DNA of 63,922 bases, the filler included, from Reticulomyxa filosa (taxonomy: Eukaryota; Protista; Foraminifera), in the NCBI GenBank assembly GCA_000512085.1. It is 14 parts of 14 records of this genome, joined end to end, with 100 filler letters (N's around TTAATTAATTAA, not from the genome) between each part and the next. Parts side by side here need not be neighbours in the genome. Positions count along the whole stretch, not along the records: positions 1 to 6,904 come from ASPP01005917.1; positions 7,005 to 10,051 come from ASPP01020111.1; positions 10,152 to 11,675 come from ASPP01004912.1; 11 more parts are not named here. One strand, written 5' to 3'. A model generated the notes under the pieces. It was not told the DNA's origin and did no database searches. It worked only from the letters and a program-made list of their open reading frames with translations. This document shows positions 1-11,775 of the stretch, piece by piece (position 1 is the stretch's first letter; every line of letters begins with the position of its first letter). The position numbers and the translations under genes were made by a program.

Positions 1-188
1 TTTTTTTTTTTTTGAGGTGTCCTTGGCATCACGTTTGCCAAATAAAGCGTACCCTTTTAATTTTTAAAATTTTTTTTTTTTTTTTTTTGGTAATCTTACT
101 TTTTTTTTAAAAAAAAAAAAAGAGTTTTGGAAAAACACATATACACATATCTCAAAATGAAATAAACAATAAAGATTTTTCCCCACCT

Positions 189-2533
189 TTGGTGGCAACA
201 ACTGCAAACCCAACACGCAAGCCTACAAAACGCCCCACGATGAGACCAACCAGCAAACCTACACTTACTCCAACGGCCACTCCGACAGTTCCGGGCCAAG
301 GGTATCCACAGTTTTATCAAGGATGGGGAACCTCATTTGAGTGGGAAACGGGGTATGACAGTCAATCTTGTTATGCCAACGGCAATTCCTTATTTGTTTT
401 TGGAGGCAAAAATTCCGCACAAGGTAAAGTTTTTTATAAAAAAAAAAAAAAAAAGTGTATCTGGCCTTTTTTTTTTTTTTTTTTTGCCCCCTTTCATTGT
501 TGTTGTTGTCCTTCCTCTCTCTCTTATGAGGTTGAATATAAATACGCTGCCATATAAGCCTTATGTTTGCCACAACATAACACCACATGGACCAACAGAG
601 ACAGTGCAGACGTTTTCCACGTTTGATGCCAGTTTCAATCAAGTGTCATATCAAATGCTGCAGTACAATTCCTTGTTGTCACTGCAGTCGATGACGCCAT
701 TCTATTGTCCCAACGGCTGTTCGGGAGGGTACAAAAACCGTATCTACTTAGTAAATCCGTACACCGATGACGGTACCACCACTTCCCGACTGTTCGAATG
801 TACAATTGTTTCCCGGAACAAGACTGCCTTGTGCAAAGACTTGTGCGATCCATACATTGGCATCTTGCCCTACTGCAGCAGTTTGTTGCTCTGGGATGCT
901 TGTGTTACCACCCAAGATCAATATCTGTACATTGTTGGCGGTCGCGATAGTGTGTCCCGTCGTAACACTGTTACCGTGTTTGATATGGCAAAACGTGACT
1001 GGGCTAGTGTCCCTTCGGGAACACCTGCAGCGGCAAGATATCCGACCTTGTATGGGACCCTCCCCACATCTGTTATCAATTCTGCTTGTGCCACTTGGGA
1101 TTTCAATATTTACGTGTTTGGTATGAACATCAAAACTTTTTTTTTCCCCCCCCCCCCTCCACTTTTTTTTTCTGCAAATGAACGTTTTTTTTTTTTGTAT
1201 TGCGTCAGGTGGTCAAACCAGCAATAATGTAGCAACCAACACAATCCAAAAATGCCAGCGAAATGGAGGTGATTGCGTTACTCAAAATGCAGTACTGAAT
1301 ATTGGCCGCTACTATGCCTCTGCAGAAAATATCGGAAGTTCAATAGTGGTGCTCTGTGGTGCCCACGATGCGCAAACCGTGACGGACGTGGTAGAATTGT
1401 ACGATATTGCGTCCGACCTGACCACAGTTGATTACAATGGAGAAAGCAGCGGATTGATCATTCCGAGCGCTCGACGCTCGTGTTGTGTGAAGAGATGGGA
1501 CAGCCAAAGCACTTTGGTCATGACCGGGGGCGTGACATTTGAAGGCTCTTATCCCATGAGCATTTCTTCACTCTCTACTGCTCCGTACGGCATTCAAGAA
1601 AATATGGCCTCAGGCAAGCCTTTGGCGCAGTGTGACAGTATCGTTTTGCAATCAAGCAATCCCAGCTTTTTTGGTGGATACTTTTATTATGCCGACATCA
1701 AGGGCTACCGTGTTTGGGTGTCCAATCAATATGATTCAGTCATTTACTACCAACCCGATAATTACGATTTCACCTGGATTGGTAACTTGTCTTCTCAAAC
1801 TTGGTCTTATTATCCGAACACTGGCTTCAGCAGTGATTACTGGATCGTTTTGGCGACGAAAACAACACCACAACAATCGGTGTATTTCAACTTTATATGC
1901 TTGGATAGTCAAACATACAGTAAGAGCTCTGGTGATGGAAATACCATATTAGGCGTTTCACGACCCATCTTCATTGCAATTGTGGTTGTTGTTGTGGTAG
2001 CATTCGTGATTGCAGGAATCATGCTTATATATTTCCTCAAGAAAAATAAAACTCAACGCAAAGAAATCGTAATTCAAAGTTCTACGTATGGAACGCTGAA
2101 AAAATTAAAATCTGGCTCTACCACAACCACCAGATCGGAGGAACGAACATCGACAACCAGTGATGTACACAAAACAACAAGTTTCAAAGGAATTGCGGAA
2201 ACAAGATCGTTTGACAGGAACACAACACAAGAGGAAGAAGAAGAACAACAACAACTGACTGAAAAGGAAGCTGAGCTTGCTGAACGAGGGGGAGTTTATG
2301 TAAAAGGATATCGTGCAACCGTTGTAAAAATGCATTCCGACAATGTCGAAGAGTCGTTGAGTAGTGTTAATTCCAACGAAGTGCACTACACTGACCACAG
2401 AGTATTTACAAAAGCGGGAGGCGATGTTGAACCACTTGGCAACGACACAGTGGTGAATGCAGTCACTGGAGAAATAGAACGAATAAAACCACGCAGAACC
2501 CAACCTGCCAATGCTACCACTTATCGGGAATAA
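189..2533 (+). CDS. Kelch-repeat (beta-propeller) single-pass membrane protein with Pro/Thr-rich stalk; 5' incomplete; introns ~424-598 and 1121-1208
   Basis: (T/P)xxPT repeats (TRKPTKRPTMRPTSKPT); kelch-like GG motifs LFVFGGKN, LYIVGGRD, IYVF|GGQ, LVMTGG; TM segment IFIAIVVVVVVAFVIAGIMLIYFL followed by KKNK; GT-AG introns restore the frame. Confidence 0.7.
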
Positions 2534-3302
2534 AAACATTCAATCTTTTTTTTTTCTTAAGCTTTTTTTTTATTTTACTTTTTTATTCTGCTTTTTTTTA
2601 ATATTTTTTAATTTATTTTATCATATGTATATGTATTGAATTGTTTTTGGACAAAAACATGCTTTCTTTCCTTTTTCTTGTTCGCGTTTCTCCAATTTTA
2701 ATTTACTGTGATTAACTTGTCTCTGACACAGGTAGGATTTTTTTTTTGTCAGTGGTTCATATTCTTTTAATAATTTTTTTGAATTTTTGTTTTATTTGGT
2801 GGATGTTTGTGTTTGTTCCTAATGGAAATAAAAATGTGAGAAATTGGAGATTTTATCAATTGGGTGTCCGTCTTTTGGCGATGTGTGGTTTTTGTTTAAT
2901 TTTTGTCTCAATTAAAAATTGACTCGGCCTTACGGGTTACACTTTCTCTGTTCGGTGAAATGTATTCAGTATTAGTACATGTAGAACTGGATGATCGCTC
3001 AACAAAATCGAATTTTTGAAAGATGTGTAACAGTTTGCGATGTTTAAAACATGTGAATGATTAGACATAATTCGGGTTGTTTTTTTATAATTCAAAAATC
3101 ATTATTTCATTAATAAAACAATATGAAACTACTCAATCTTGTGTGTTGAGAAAAAGTGAAAACAAAAGTGTTGCAAATACAGAGCTCAGGGTGGTTCACT
3201 GTAGAACATTATCAATATTGATAAAGAGCATCACAATTTGTTAATAGCATCGGATCATGCTCAGATATTATTTCAATTCATGAACAAATTATTCATTTAA
3301 AC

Positions 3303-6300
3303 CTATGATTTGTGTTCATGATGATCTCGTGCTTCATCACTTACAGATCTCCGAACCTCCTTGAATGCCTTCTCAAAATGTCTCATTTCTAATTTGATAT
3401 CTTTGTCTTGCCCAACAACTTTTTTTAAATGCTTGTAATTATTTCCAGATTTTTTCCAATCGTGAGAAGGTCCCACGATGTGTTGTAACTCATCAATTAA
3501 AGCCAATGACGCTTCTCGCGCTAATTGGGCTAGATCCGCTCCACTAAATCCTTCACAACGTTTATCATTGACAAGATGTTCAATCAATTTTTCGTCAATC
3601 GGTAAGCCGGTGCATTGTTTTTTTAGAATGTCCAATCTTCCATTTTTATCAGGTAAAGGAATGTATATTTTCTTCCCAAACCTTCCGGGCCTCATCAACG
3701 CCTCATCAATAATATCGGCGCGGTTGGTAGCACCAATCACAAAAATATCCCCACGTGATTGAATCCCATCCATCTCCGTCAATAGCTGATTCACCACTCG
3801 TTGCGAGACATGATTACCACTGGCATCGCTGTCTCGCCTTGGTGCCAATGCATCCAATTCATCAAAAAACACCACACATGGCTGGGACGAGCGAGCTCTG
3901 TTTTTAGTTCACGTGTAACAATTTTAAAAAAATTTTACAATTGCAACAAAACAAGAATTTCTTTTTTTTTTTTCAAAAAGACCTATCGAAAACAGTTCGG
4001 ACAGCTCGTTCAGACTCGCCCACATATTTGTTCAACAACTCCGGGCCCTTGATAGAGATGAAAGAAGCTCCACTTTGGGAGGCGACAGCCTTTGCAAGAA
4101 GTGTTTTCCCGCAACCAGGAGGACCGTACAACAGCACACCAGCAGCGGAGTCGACTTTGAACATTTGATACAATTTTTTGTAGGAAATGCGATCGATGAT
4201 CTCACGTTCCAAGACCTTTCGAACTTCGTTTAAGGCTCCAATTTCGTTCCATGACACATCTGGGATCGTGGCGAATCCTTCGCGACGAGCAGAAGGCTGC
4301 ACGACTTTTAATGCGTCCAAAAAGTCACTCTCTTTAATATAGTGATCTATTAACTGTATCGCATTGAGCCGTACATTGCGATAAAACGAGTAGTCCATTT
4401 CCAGTCCCTCTTCCAAGGCCTGAAGATCTTCTATTTCATTGTTCCACTTATCATTATCATTATCATTATCATTATCATTACCATTGTTATTGTCGTCATT
4501 GTTATTGTTATTGTTATTATCGTCGTCACCATCATTATCACTGTCATTTGCATTAGCAGATCGATTGGCACTCCAATGTGCATTCACCAATTTCAATTCA
4601 CGCAATATGCGCTTGACACCAATGACCCCAGCTTCTTTTGTCAATGCTTTCAAATCGGCGCCGACAAAGCCAGAAGTTTTCTCCGCAATCAGATCAAAAT
4701 CGAAATCTTCTTCCAATTTCATGGTCTGAGTAATCACCGATAATATCTTTTTGCGTCCTTTTTTGTCGGGAATGCCCATTGCGAGCTCACGATCAAAGCG
4801 ATCACCACGACGTAAAGCGGAGTCGATGCTATCAGGACGATTGGTCGCCGCGATGAACAGCACGGCCTTTTCCATGGCGTGTCGAGCCAAATTGTCCAAG
4901 CAAGTGAGCAACTGCGCCACAATGCGCTTTTCCATGTCTTTCGACGCGTCTTCGCGTTTACTGGCTATCACATCAATTTCATCAATGAACAAAATGCAAG
5001 GTGCGTTCGCTAACGCCGTATCAAACAATGACCGAATTTTGGCTTCTGATTGGCCGGATAATGCTTGAACCAATTCTGGAGCGCTTACACTCAAAAACCC
5101 AACACCTTTTTTTTATTTATTTATTTATTTCAAATTACGTATATCATTCAAAGTAATGTCCCCCTTTTTTTAAAAAAAAAAAAAAAAAACACTTGATAAA
5201 TAAAAGATACAATACCAGCTTCTCCAGCAAGGGCATTTGCCAAAAGTGTCTTTCCGCTTCCTGGGGGTCCATGTAAGAGTACAGATCGCGGCGGAATCGC
5301 TCCTAGTGTACTCCAGATATCGCAGCAACACAACGACAGCAATAGGTTTTTGATTGTCTCGCTCATATGTTCGATCCCCCCAACGTCACTCAAAGTCTCA
5401 TCGGGATAACTCAGCTCCCATGAAATGCTGTTGTTGTTATTGCCTTCATCGGCCGTCATCGTTGCCATTCCTATCGTCATAGTCGTCGCAGGCTGTTCCA
5501 TCTCTCCCTTTTTGCTTCGCATCTGAGCGCGTGCGTTCTTGTGTCCGTATTTTGACATAATTGCTTTCTTCGTAATTTCTTCCATTGTTTTTTCCAAATG
5601 TTTCGCTTTTATTCTCTCTTTTCCGCTTCCTTTTCCACTTGCATTTGTATTTGTATTTCTGTTGGCATTGGCATTTCCGAATAAAAACCTTGCTTATGCC
5701 GATTCTCATTGCTTTTACTGTAATTTATGATTTTGTATTCATTCGCTGCTGTCTTGGGAACATTCGGCTCATTTGTTTGATTCAGTTCGCTAAAGGTCCT
5801 TTTTTGTGCACGTATACTGTCATTGCCATCACTCTTCACACGAGATGAATTTTCCTCCTTTTCTCGTCCTTTCTCTTGCTTTTCTTCTTTTGCTGTCTCT
5901 TTTTCGACTTCGGTCGGTGTCACTTCCACTTTTTGCTCATTTCCTTTTTCGTTGGGTTTTGATGTCTCTTCAGGCTTTTTTGCGTCTCTTTTTTTTTGCT
6001 TGGAGCATTTACATCTATTTTTTCAAAAAAAGTGTCCGTTTTTTTTAAAAAAAGTATTGACATTTTTGAGTCTCTCCCTTTCCTTCTCTCCTATCCTCAT
6101 CTTCGTCCCCTTCCACAAACGATCAGAAAAATTAATGCGAGTATTTTTATCTTTCCACTTTACAAGATTTTATGCCTTGAATCAATGCTTCTTTATTTAC
6201 ACCTTTCCAACGGGACTGGTTTCTAAACGTCACAACACACCAAAGGTCTTTCTGTTTATATATTACGTAAATTATTTCAGACAGCAGAAAAACTTAACTA

Positions 6301-6362
6301 CGAAACTGAAGGATTTCATAAATTGCCTTGGAACGATTATCATTTCCTCCTTTTGGTTCCAT
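3303..6362 (-). CDS. NVL: Nuclear VCP-like type II AAA+ ATPase (NVL/Rix7, ribosome biogenesis); introns 5106-5215 and 3898-3982 plus ~3 less certain 5' introns; 1-nt indel near 5620
   Basis: Two AAA modules: VLLHGPPGSGKT / ILFIDEID / ATNRPDSIDSALRR and VLLYGPPGCGKT / VVFFDELD / RPGRF; NVL-typical linker VQPSARREGFATIPDVSW and SIKGPELLNKYVGESERAVR. Confidence 0.92.
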
Positions 6363-6904
6363 TATTAGCCTGGCAATTTTCGAAATAATTCTCCCCTTTT
6401 AATTTAAAACATTGGGTGACGTTCGAGCAGTACAAATATGAACAGTATCAATTTTTTGTGTAAAAACTCAACACTTTAAAATTTTTAAAAATATCTACAA
6501 ATCTTCAAATGTTTCAAAATGCATTTACTTTTTTAATATTTTTTTCAATTGCAGACATTTTGTGTTTATGATTTTAAAAAATGTAGAAATAATGATATTG
6601 TAACATAAAATAAACTTTTCACCTCATCATCGTTTGCATAGATTATGACTGCTGTCCGGGCCATTTGATGATTTAGCTTGTTAAAGTTACTTTGCTTCAC
6701 ACATACACTTTCTTGTAATGACATAACTTCTATCTTGTTTCTATTAAATAGAAATACTGACTAAATCTCATTCCATTTGCATTCCACAAATAATTTGCTA
6801 TACTCTCGATAATTTGTCATGTATCAATTTGGTAACAATTATTGTCTTGTTTCTTTATTTGATCTCTAATACCTCCGGCAACTCTAGCTACAGTAAGTTG
6901 CATA

Positions 6905-7004
6905 NNNNNNNNNNNNNNNNNNNNNNNNNNNNNNNNNNNNNNNNNNNNTTAATTAATTAANNNNNNNNNNNNNNNNNNNNNNNNNNNNNNNNNNNNNNNN
7001 NNNN
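6905..7004. other. Artificial contig-joining linker N44-TTAATTAATTAA-N44 (also 10052-10151, 11676-11775, 27191-27290, 31198-31297, 38422-38521, 39905-40004, 42685-42784, 44022-44121, 50773-50872, 54162-54261, 56274-56373, 62816-62915)
   Basis: Identical 100-nt spacer with stops in all six frames, present 13 times. Confidence 0.99.
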
Positions 7005-7290
7005 AAACCTGGTTGTTAGTTTGCCTTTTTACATTGGAAAGAAAATTAATGTTCGGCATGCCACGCATAATTTGTATGTCCGTTGAACATTTGAATTTGT
7101 TCACCAGATCGAATTTCCCACAAGCGAACACTTTTATCATCTGATCCGGATAATGTCATATTTAATAATTTATTTGATCTAAATTTTACACTAATCACAA
7201 AACGTGTATGTCCTTTGAATATATTGAGTTGTTTGGTTGTTTCAATAAAATTTTTTTAAAAATATTTGTGCATCTAATAATCAGTCACAA
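7005..7290 (-). pseudogene. Degraded WD40-repeat family fragment
   Basis: Minus strand reads DDKSVRLWEIRSGEQIQMFNGH with stops and frameshifts; close relative of the WD40 copy at 42352-42684. Confidence 0.7.
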
Positions 7291-7779
7291 CAATTTTACA
7301 ATGCAATAATTTTCAAATTAAAATATTCACTATAGAAGGGATGTTATTTTTTTTTTCAGAAATCCTGTTTTCGGAATTATTTGGATATTGAAAAAAGATC
7401 GTCAATAAGGACAAATACTCTTTTTTTTTTCAATGTACAAAAATTTGAATATGCCAGGAAAAAAAGAGAGGAACTGTGCAAAAAACCCAAATTAGCTTCG
7501 TCTCAAATGAAGTTGTCTTTTTTTTGAAAAAAGGAGTCAAATTGAAATGTGTGTTCTTAAAACAGTTTGATGTATGTTTGAGAATGACAAGGTCGACGCC
7601 TTGAAAAAAAGGAGTAATATTACGAATACGTATTGTAATTTATACGTAATGACTATTTGGAAGACTTGTCAAGAGTTTCTAAAATTTTTTTCAGCCTCGC
7701 TTTTTTTGCTTCGGCGTCTTTATCTTTTGCAGTATGTTCTTTTTGAACTCGCTTGAGATTTTCTTCGGCAAAAGGAAGA

Positions 7780-9010
7780 ACAAGACGCCGCATGGTAACT
7801 GGATGATGACATCACCAAAGAAAACAACATATATTATATATATGTATATTTATATATATGTATATGTACATATATATATATATATGTTGAAAACAAACTT
7901 TCAGCACAAAGTCTTGTGATCCAAGTGGCAGCGACATAACAGACGGCGGTGTGCACAAGAGTGGGACTATAAAAAGGTAAGACAGTGAGCAGCGAGTGGA
8001 CATGAAGCAAAGCGAAAGCGCCCGAAAAGAGCGGCAGCATGATAATGGACCGCAGATTTTCGGCCACGTCATAGCCCAAGCCATGTTTCAAAGACAGTTG
8101 GTTTTTGATAAATTTCGATCGCATCGCAAAGCCCTCTTTCGGCAGAAAGGGGACTCGATCAGCCCACTGCTCCCACGTCTGCGCGCTGCTGTCGGGATAG
8201 CACATCGAAAACTTGCACTCTTTGATCGCGGGAAAGTACTTTTGCAGTCCACGGATCGTGCGCTCGTTTATGCGTCGGCCAATCGGCGTATACGTCAACA
8301 CACGATTCACCACATACGCTGCGACTATCTCGCCATGGTAGGCCATCGCCTCAGGCAGCAGAGAATAAGCCATTGCGAAATACCCCACCCCAACCCTTTT
8401 ATAACATATATCAAAACACGTTACAACATTTCCAGAATTTTCAAGGATATATACATATATACATACATATACATATACATATATATATATACATATATGT
8501 ATGTGGATTGCTAACATTAAATTGAGAGTTGAAAAACGAACAAGTGTTGAATAAGTTGCATCTTCGTATTTTTGTAATGCACCCAAGCGCTCGAATGTGA
8601 AGTTCCAACTTGCCTTGTCATCTCGCAAGTTGCGCAATAAGGATGTTACTTTGTTGTCAGTTTTGGTACTCGTGCTAGTGCTACCACTGGTATTGGTATT
8701 GGTGTTGGTGTGATGGGACTTGTCTTCTGCTGAGCTTGTGTTGATCGTGGAACGGTACTCTGCAATATCTGCTTCACTCAAATGAATGGATGGATCCCCC
8801 GACGCACCGTATTTTTGTCGACTCGTCCTTGGTGACTTTGTTGCTGATGGTCTTACGCTTCCTGTCACCTTTGCGCCATTGTCTGCATGCATTTTGTTTG
8901 AAAACCTTTGGCTTCCTTGATACCACGCTATTGCCATGTTTACGTTCTTACTTTGTGATCGAGGCCAATGCGCGCCGCCTCTGCTTTTTTGTTGTTCGGA
9001 GCGTCATCAT
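7780..9010 (-). CDS. Hypothetical multi-exon protein with hydrophobic C-terminal segments
   Basis: GC-richer coding-like blocks interrupted by (TA)n-filled introns (~8400-8550, ~7830-7900); no family motif recognised; boundaries approximate. Confidence 0.5.
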
Positions 9011-9487
9011 AACCAACAACTACCAAAGACAGACACAAACACTCACAAAACTTACATACAAGAAACATGGCGAAAATGTTTTGAACATGGCCTTTGAAAA
9101 TTATTATTATTATTTTTATTGCTTGTTTTTTTTATATGATTCCACCCCCCAAACGTTTCTAACTTGCTTGCGCAAATACGCTGTTGTCAAATCAAAAATG
9201 TTTAATGCTTTACTTTCTAGAAACACAAGATCGTCCTTATGAACTTTGTGTATGCGTCTCTGAGGAAAATATGTCACACATTTTCCTTTGGTCAAAGGGG
9301 TTAAATTGAGGCACTTTTTTTTTTGATATATCTTCCATGGTTGCGTGTGAGTAATATAATAATAAAAGCCAATTTTTTTTTGCGATGGAATTTAAGGTAA
9401 ATAATTTCAAAACAGGAAATGTGTGAACAAGGCGAGTGAGATCTTGTAAAAAAAAAAAAAAAACTGTAGCAAAAGGCCTGTCTTGAG

Positions 9488-10051
9488 ATGGTGTTGATGG
9501 GCGAAAAGTCATTACGACAGATAGTATTATCGACAGTATTTAAAAAGCAAAAGACGAAAGGGAAAAAATCGGGGAATGGAAAGTACGAGGTAAGCAGCGC
9601 AGTGATAATATCAAAGAATGGGACAGTAAGCCGAAGCAATCCGTTTGTGTTGCGATTTTTGCAAGCATTGAAGCCGGAAGTGGATTGGAACGAGCTAAGC
9701 AAAGCAAAGACCGACGTGGACGGCCATCGCATCCCAGTGATGATATTGAATTGCAACGGCATTTTGAGCAGCAACTTGAAAGTGAAAAACGACAAAAGCG
9801 CAAACGCAAATGGCTTGGAGTTGTTCCAATCATTGAAGTCACTTTCGGCCAGTCAGCAAGTGCAATCATTAAAACGAATGCTTGTGTTGTTGGTATATCA
9901 GCCCAATGACAAACATAACCCTGCCAAAACCAAGTTGTCTCAAGAGTCAATCCGAAGTGCCAAACAGCATGTTATTGATAAAATCCGAGAAGTTGTTGAT
10001 TCCTCCGTTGATATCAAGTTTATTATATATACATATACATATATACATATA
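9488..10051 (+). CDS. Hypothetical protein, N-terminal exon, truncated at contig end
   Basis: ATG-initiated ORF of ~175 aa with coding-like composition, ending in a TA-repeat intron. Confidence 0.45.
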
Positions 10052-10151
10052 NNNNNNNNNNNNNNNNNNNNNNNNNNNNNNNNNNNNNNNNNNNNTTAAT
10101 TAATTAANNNNNNNNNNNNNNNNNNNNNNNNNNNNNNNNNNNNNNNNNNNN

Positions 10152-11675
10152 CCAGCTTCCATGCAATTGATGACTTTGTGCAAATGGTCATAGCTTGTCA
10201 TTGTAGCCGTGTCTGATGCAAATTTACTCTCAAATAGAAATACAGTATCCTCGTATGGTAATAGATTTTGATCCAACAACAATTGCCACGAGTATGGTTT
10301 ATTACATATCACCAAACAGTGCCTGCAATCCTCATCTTTGAGATTCATTTCGATACATTTCAACGACCCCCAACGCTTCATTAATTCCGATGCTTCCTTT
10401 CCTATTTCTGATTTTAATATCTCAGTTAAATGTTTTTGAAAATTTACATCTCTGCAGCCACCCAAATTTCTCATAATACCTTCCAATTCTTGCTTAGGTA
10501 ATGGGTGATGCACATAATAGCGAATTAAGGCATAGAAATCTCGTCTCCCCAACCAATTCTCTTTGCAAAGCGACATTTGGTCTTTTGACATGCTTTTGTC
10601 CAATTTGTCGAATACACGAACAAGCAATTTTATTTCATTCACTGAAAATTTTGTGCGTATAGTGCTTTCTTTCAAAATTGCTTCTGCAATATTTTCAATA
10701 TCAGATTTGAGATTGTTTGGGATTTGATGCACAATGACACGATTCATTTTAGCAGCGTCCAAAGGCCGGTTGGATAATGCGACAAGTGAAATTCCGGGAT
10801 TTTCCAAGAGATGATGCAATACTTTCAAGGGTGAATGTTTAGAACGCTCTGCCAAACCAATTTCGTCCAACAACAGCACGGGCTTAATGGTCTCATCTTC
10901 AGAATGACGTATTGCCTGCTTCCATCTTTCTTTGATTCCAAAGGGTTTGCTCTCTTGAGTACATTGAAAAGATACAACGTGAAGAGGCTTTATCTCCAAG
11001 TTGATGCCTTGCTCTTGAAGCCTTTTTTGCAACTTTTTAGTATTTGGCTCACTCAATCTATCTTTGAGAAGTTGAAATGCTAAAGTTTTTGACGTTCCAG
11101 GATCTCCAACTAAAACAACTGTAAATTCATAAGAATTACATACACCCAACAACGTGGATACACATTACATTCATATTTACATATATATGAATACTCAACT
11201 GGGAGTAGTGGTCACAATACATATAAATAACATAAACAATATCTCCTCCAATGCTTCAGTTTTTGCAATGATTTCTATATTTAGAGAATAAAATGCATCA
11301 GAAAATTTTTTCATTTCTTTTTTCAAAATGTCCAAAAAATTTTCGGTTTTCGACATTTCTTTCGTATAATTCTCTCTTTCGCTCTTGTTCAATCGAAAGT
11401 AATAGCATATTCCTAATGAAATCACCAAACATTGTTTCATACAATCGGAATTACAGTCGCTAGTAACATAGTGATTCACAAGCCAAACAAAAATTTTTAA
11501 ACATCTCTCCACGTCTCTCAAGGATACCATAGCCACATCCTGTAATTTGGTGCGCACAAAATGTTGAGATCGGAAAATTTGTTCGGCTATGAAGTGTGCC
11601 TCCGAGTCAAATGTCGCCTGTGCACATGCTTTTAACTCTTTTTTCCGATCTTTGGTCATTTCTGAAATATATTGA
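10152..11675 (-). CDS. RNF213/mysterin-like dynein-related AAA+ module (internal fragment); intron 11119-11199
   Basis: VSLRDVERC; P|IVLVGDPGTSKT (Walker A); SFQC; VLLLDEIGLAERSKHSPLKVLHHLLE (Walker B); LSNRPLDAAKMNR; GRRDFYALIR, all matching recalled RNF213 AAA motifs. Confidence 0.85.
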
Positions 11676-11775
11676 NNNNNNNNNNNNNNNNNNNNNNNNN
11701 NNNNNNNNNNNNNNNNNNNTTAATTAATTAANNNNNNNNNNNNNNNNNNNNNNNNNNNNNNNNNNNNNNNNNNNN

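Noticed and set aside
2921-2960. CTCGGCCTTACGG...TCTGTTC resembling the 5' end of U2 snRNA
   Set aside because: Lacks the branch-pairing GTGTAGTA sequence and a clear Sm site
3209-3224. 16-bp perfect palindrome TTATCAATATTGATAA
   Set aside because: Single AT-rich occurrence, plausible by chance
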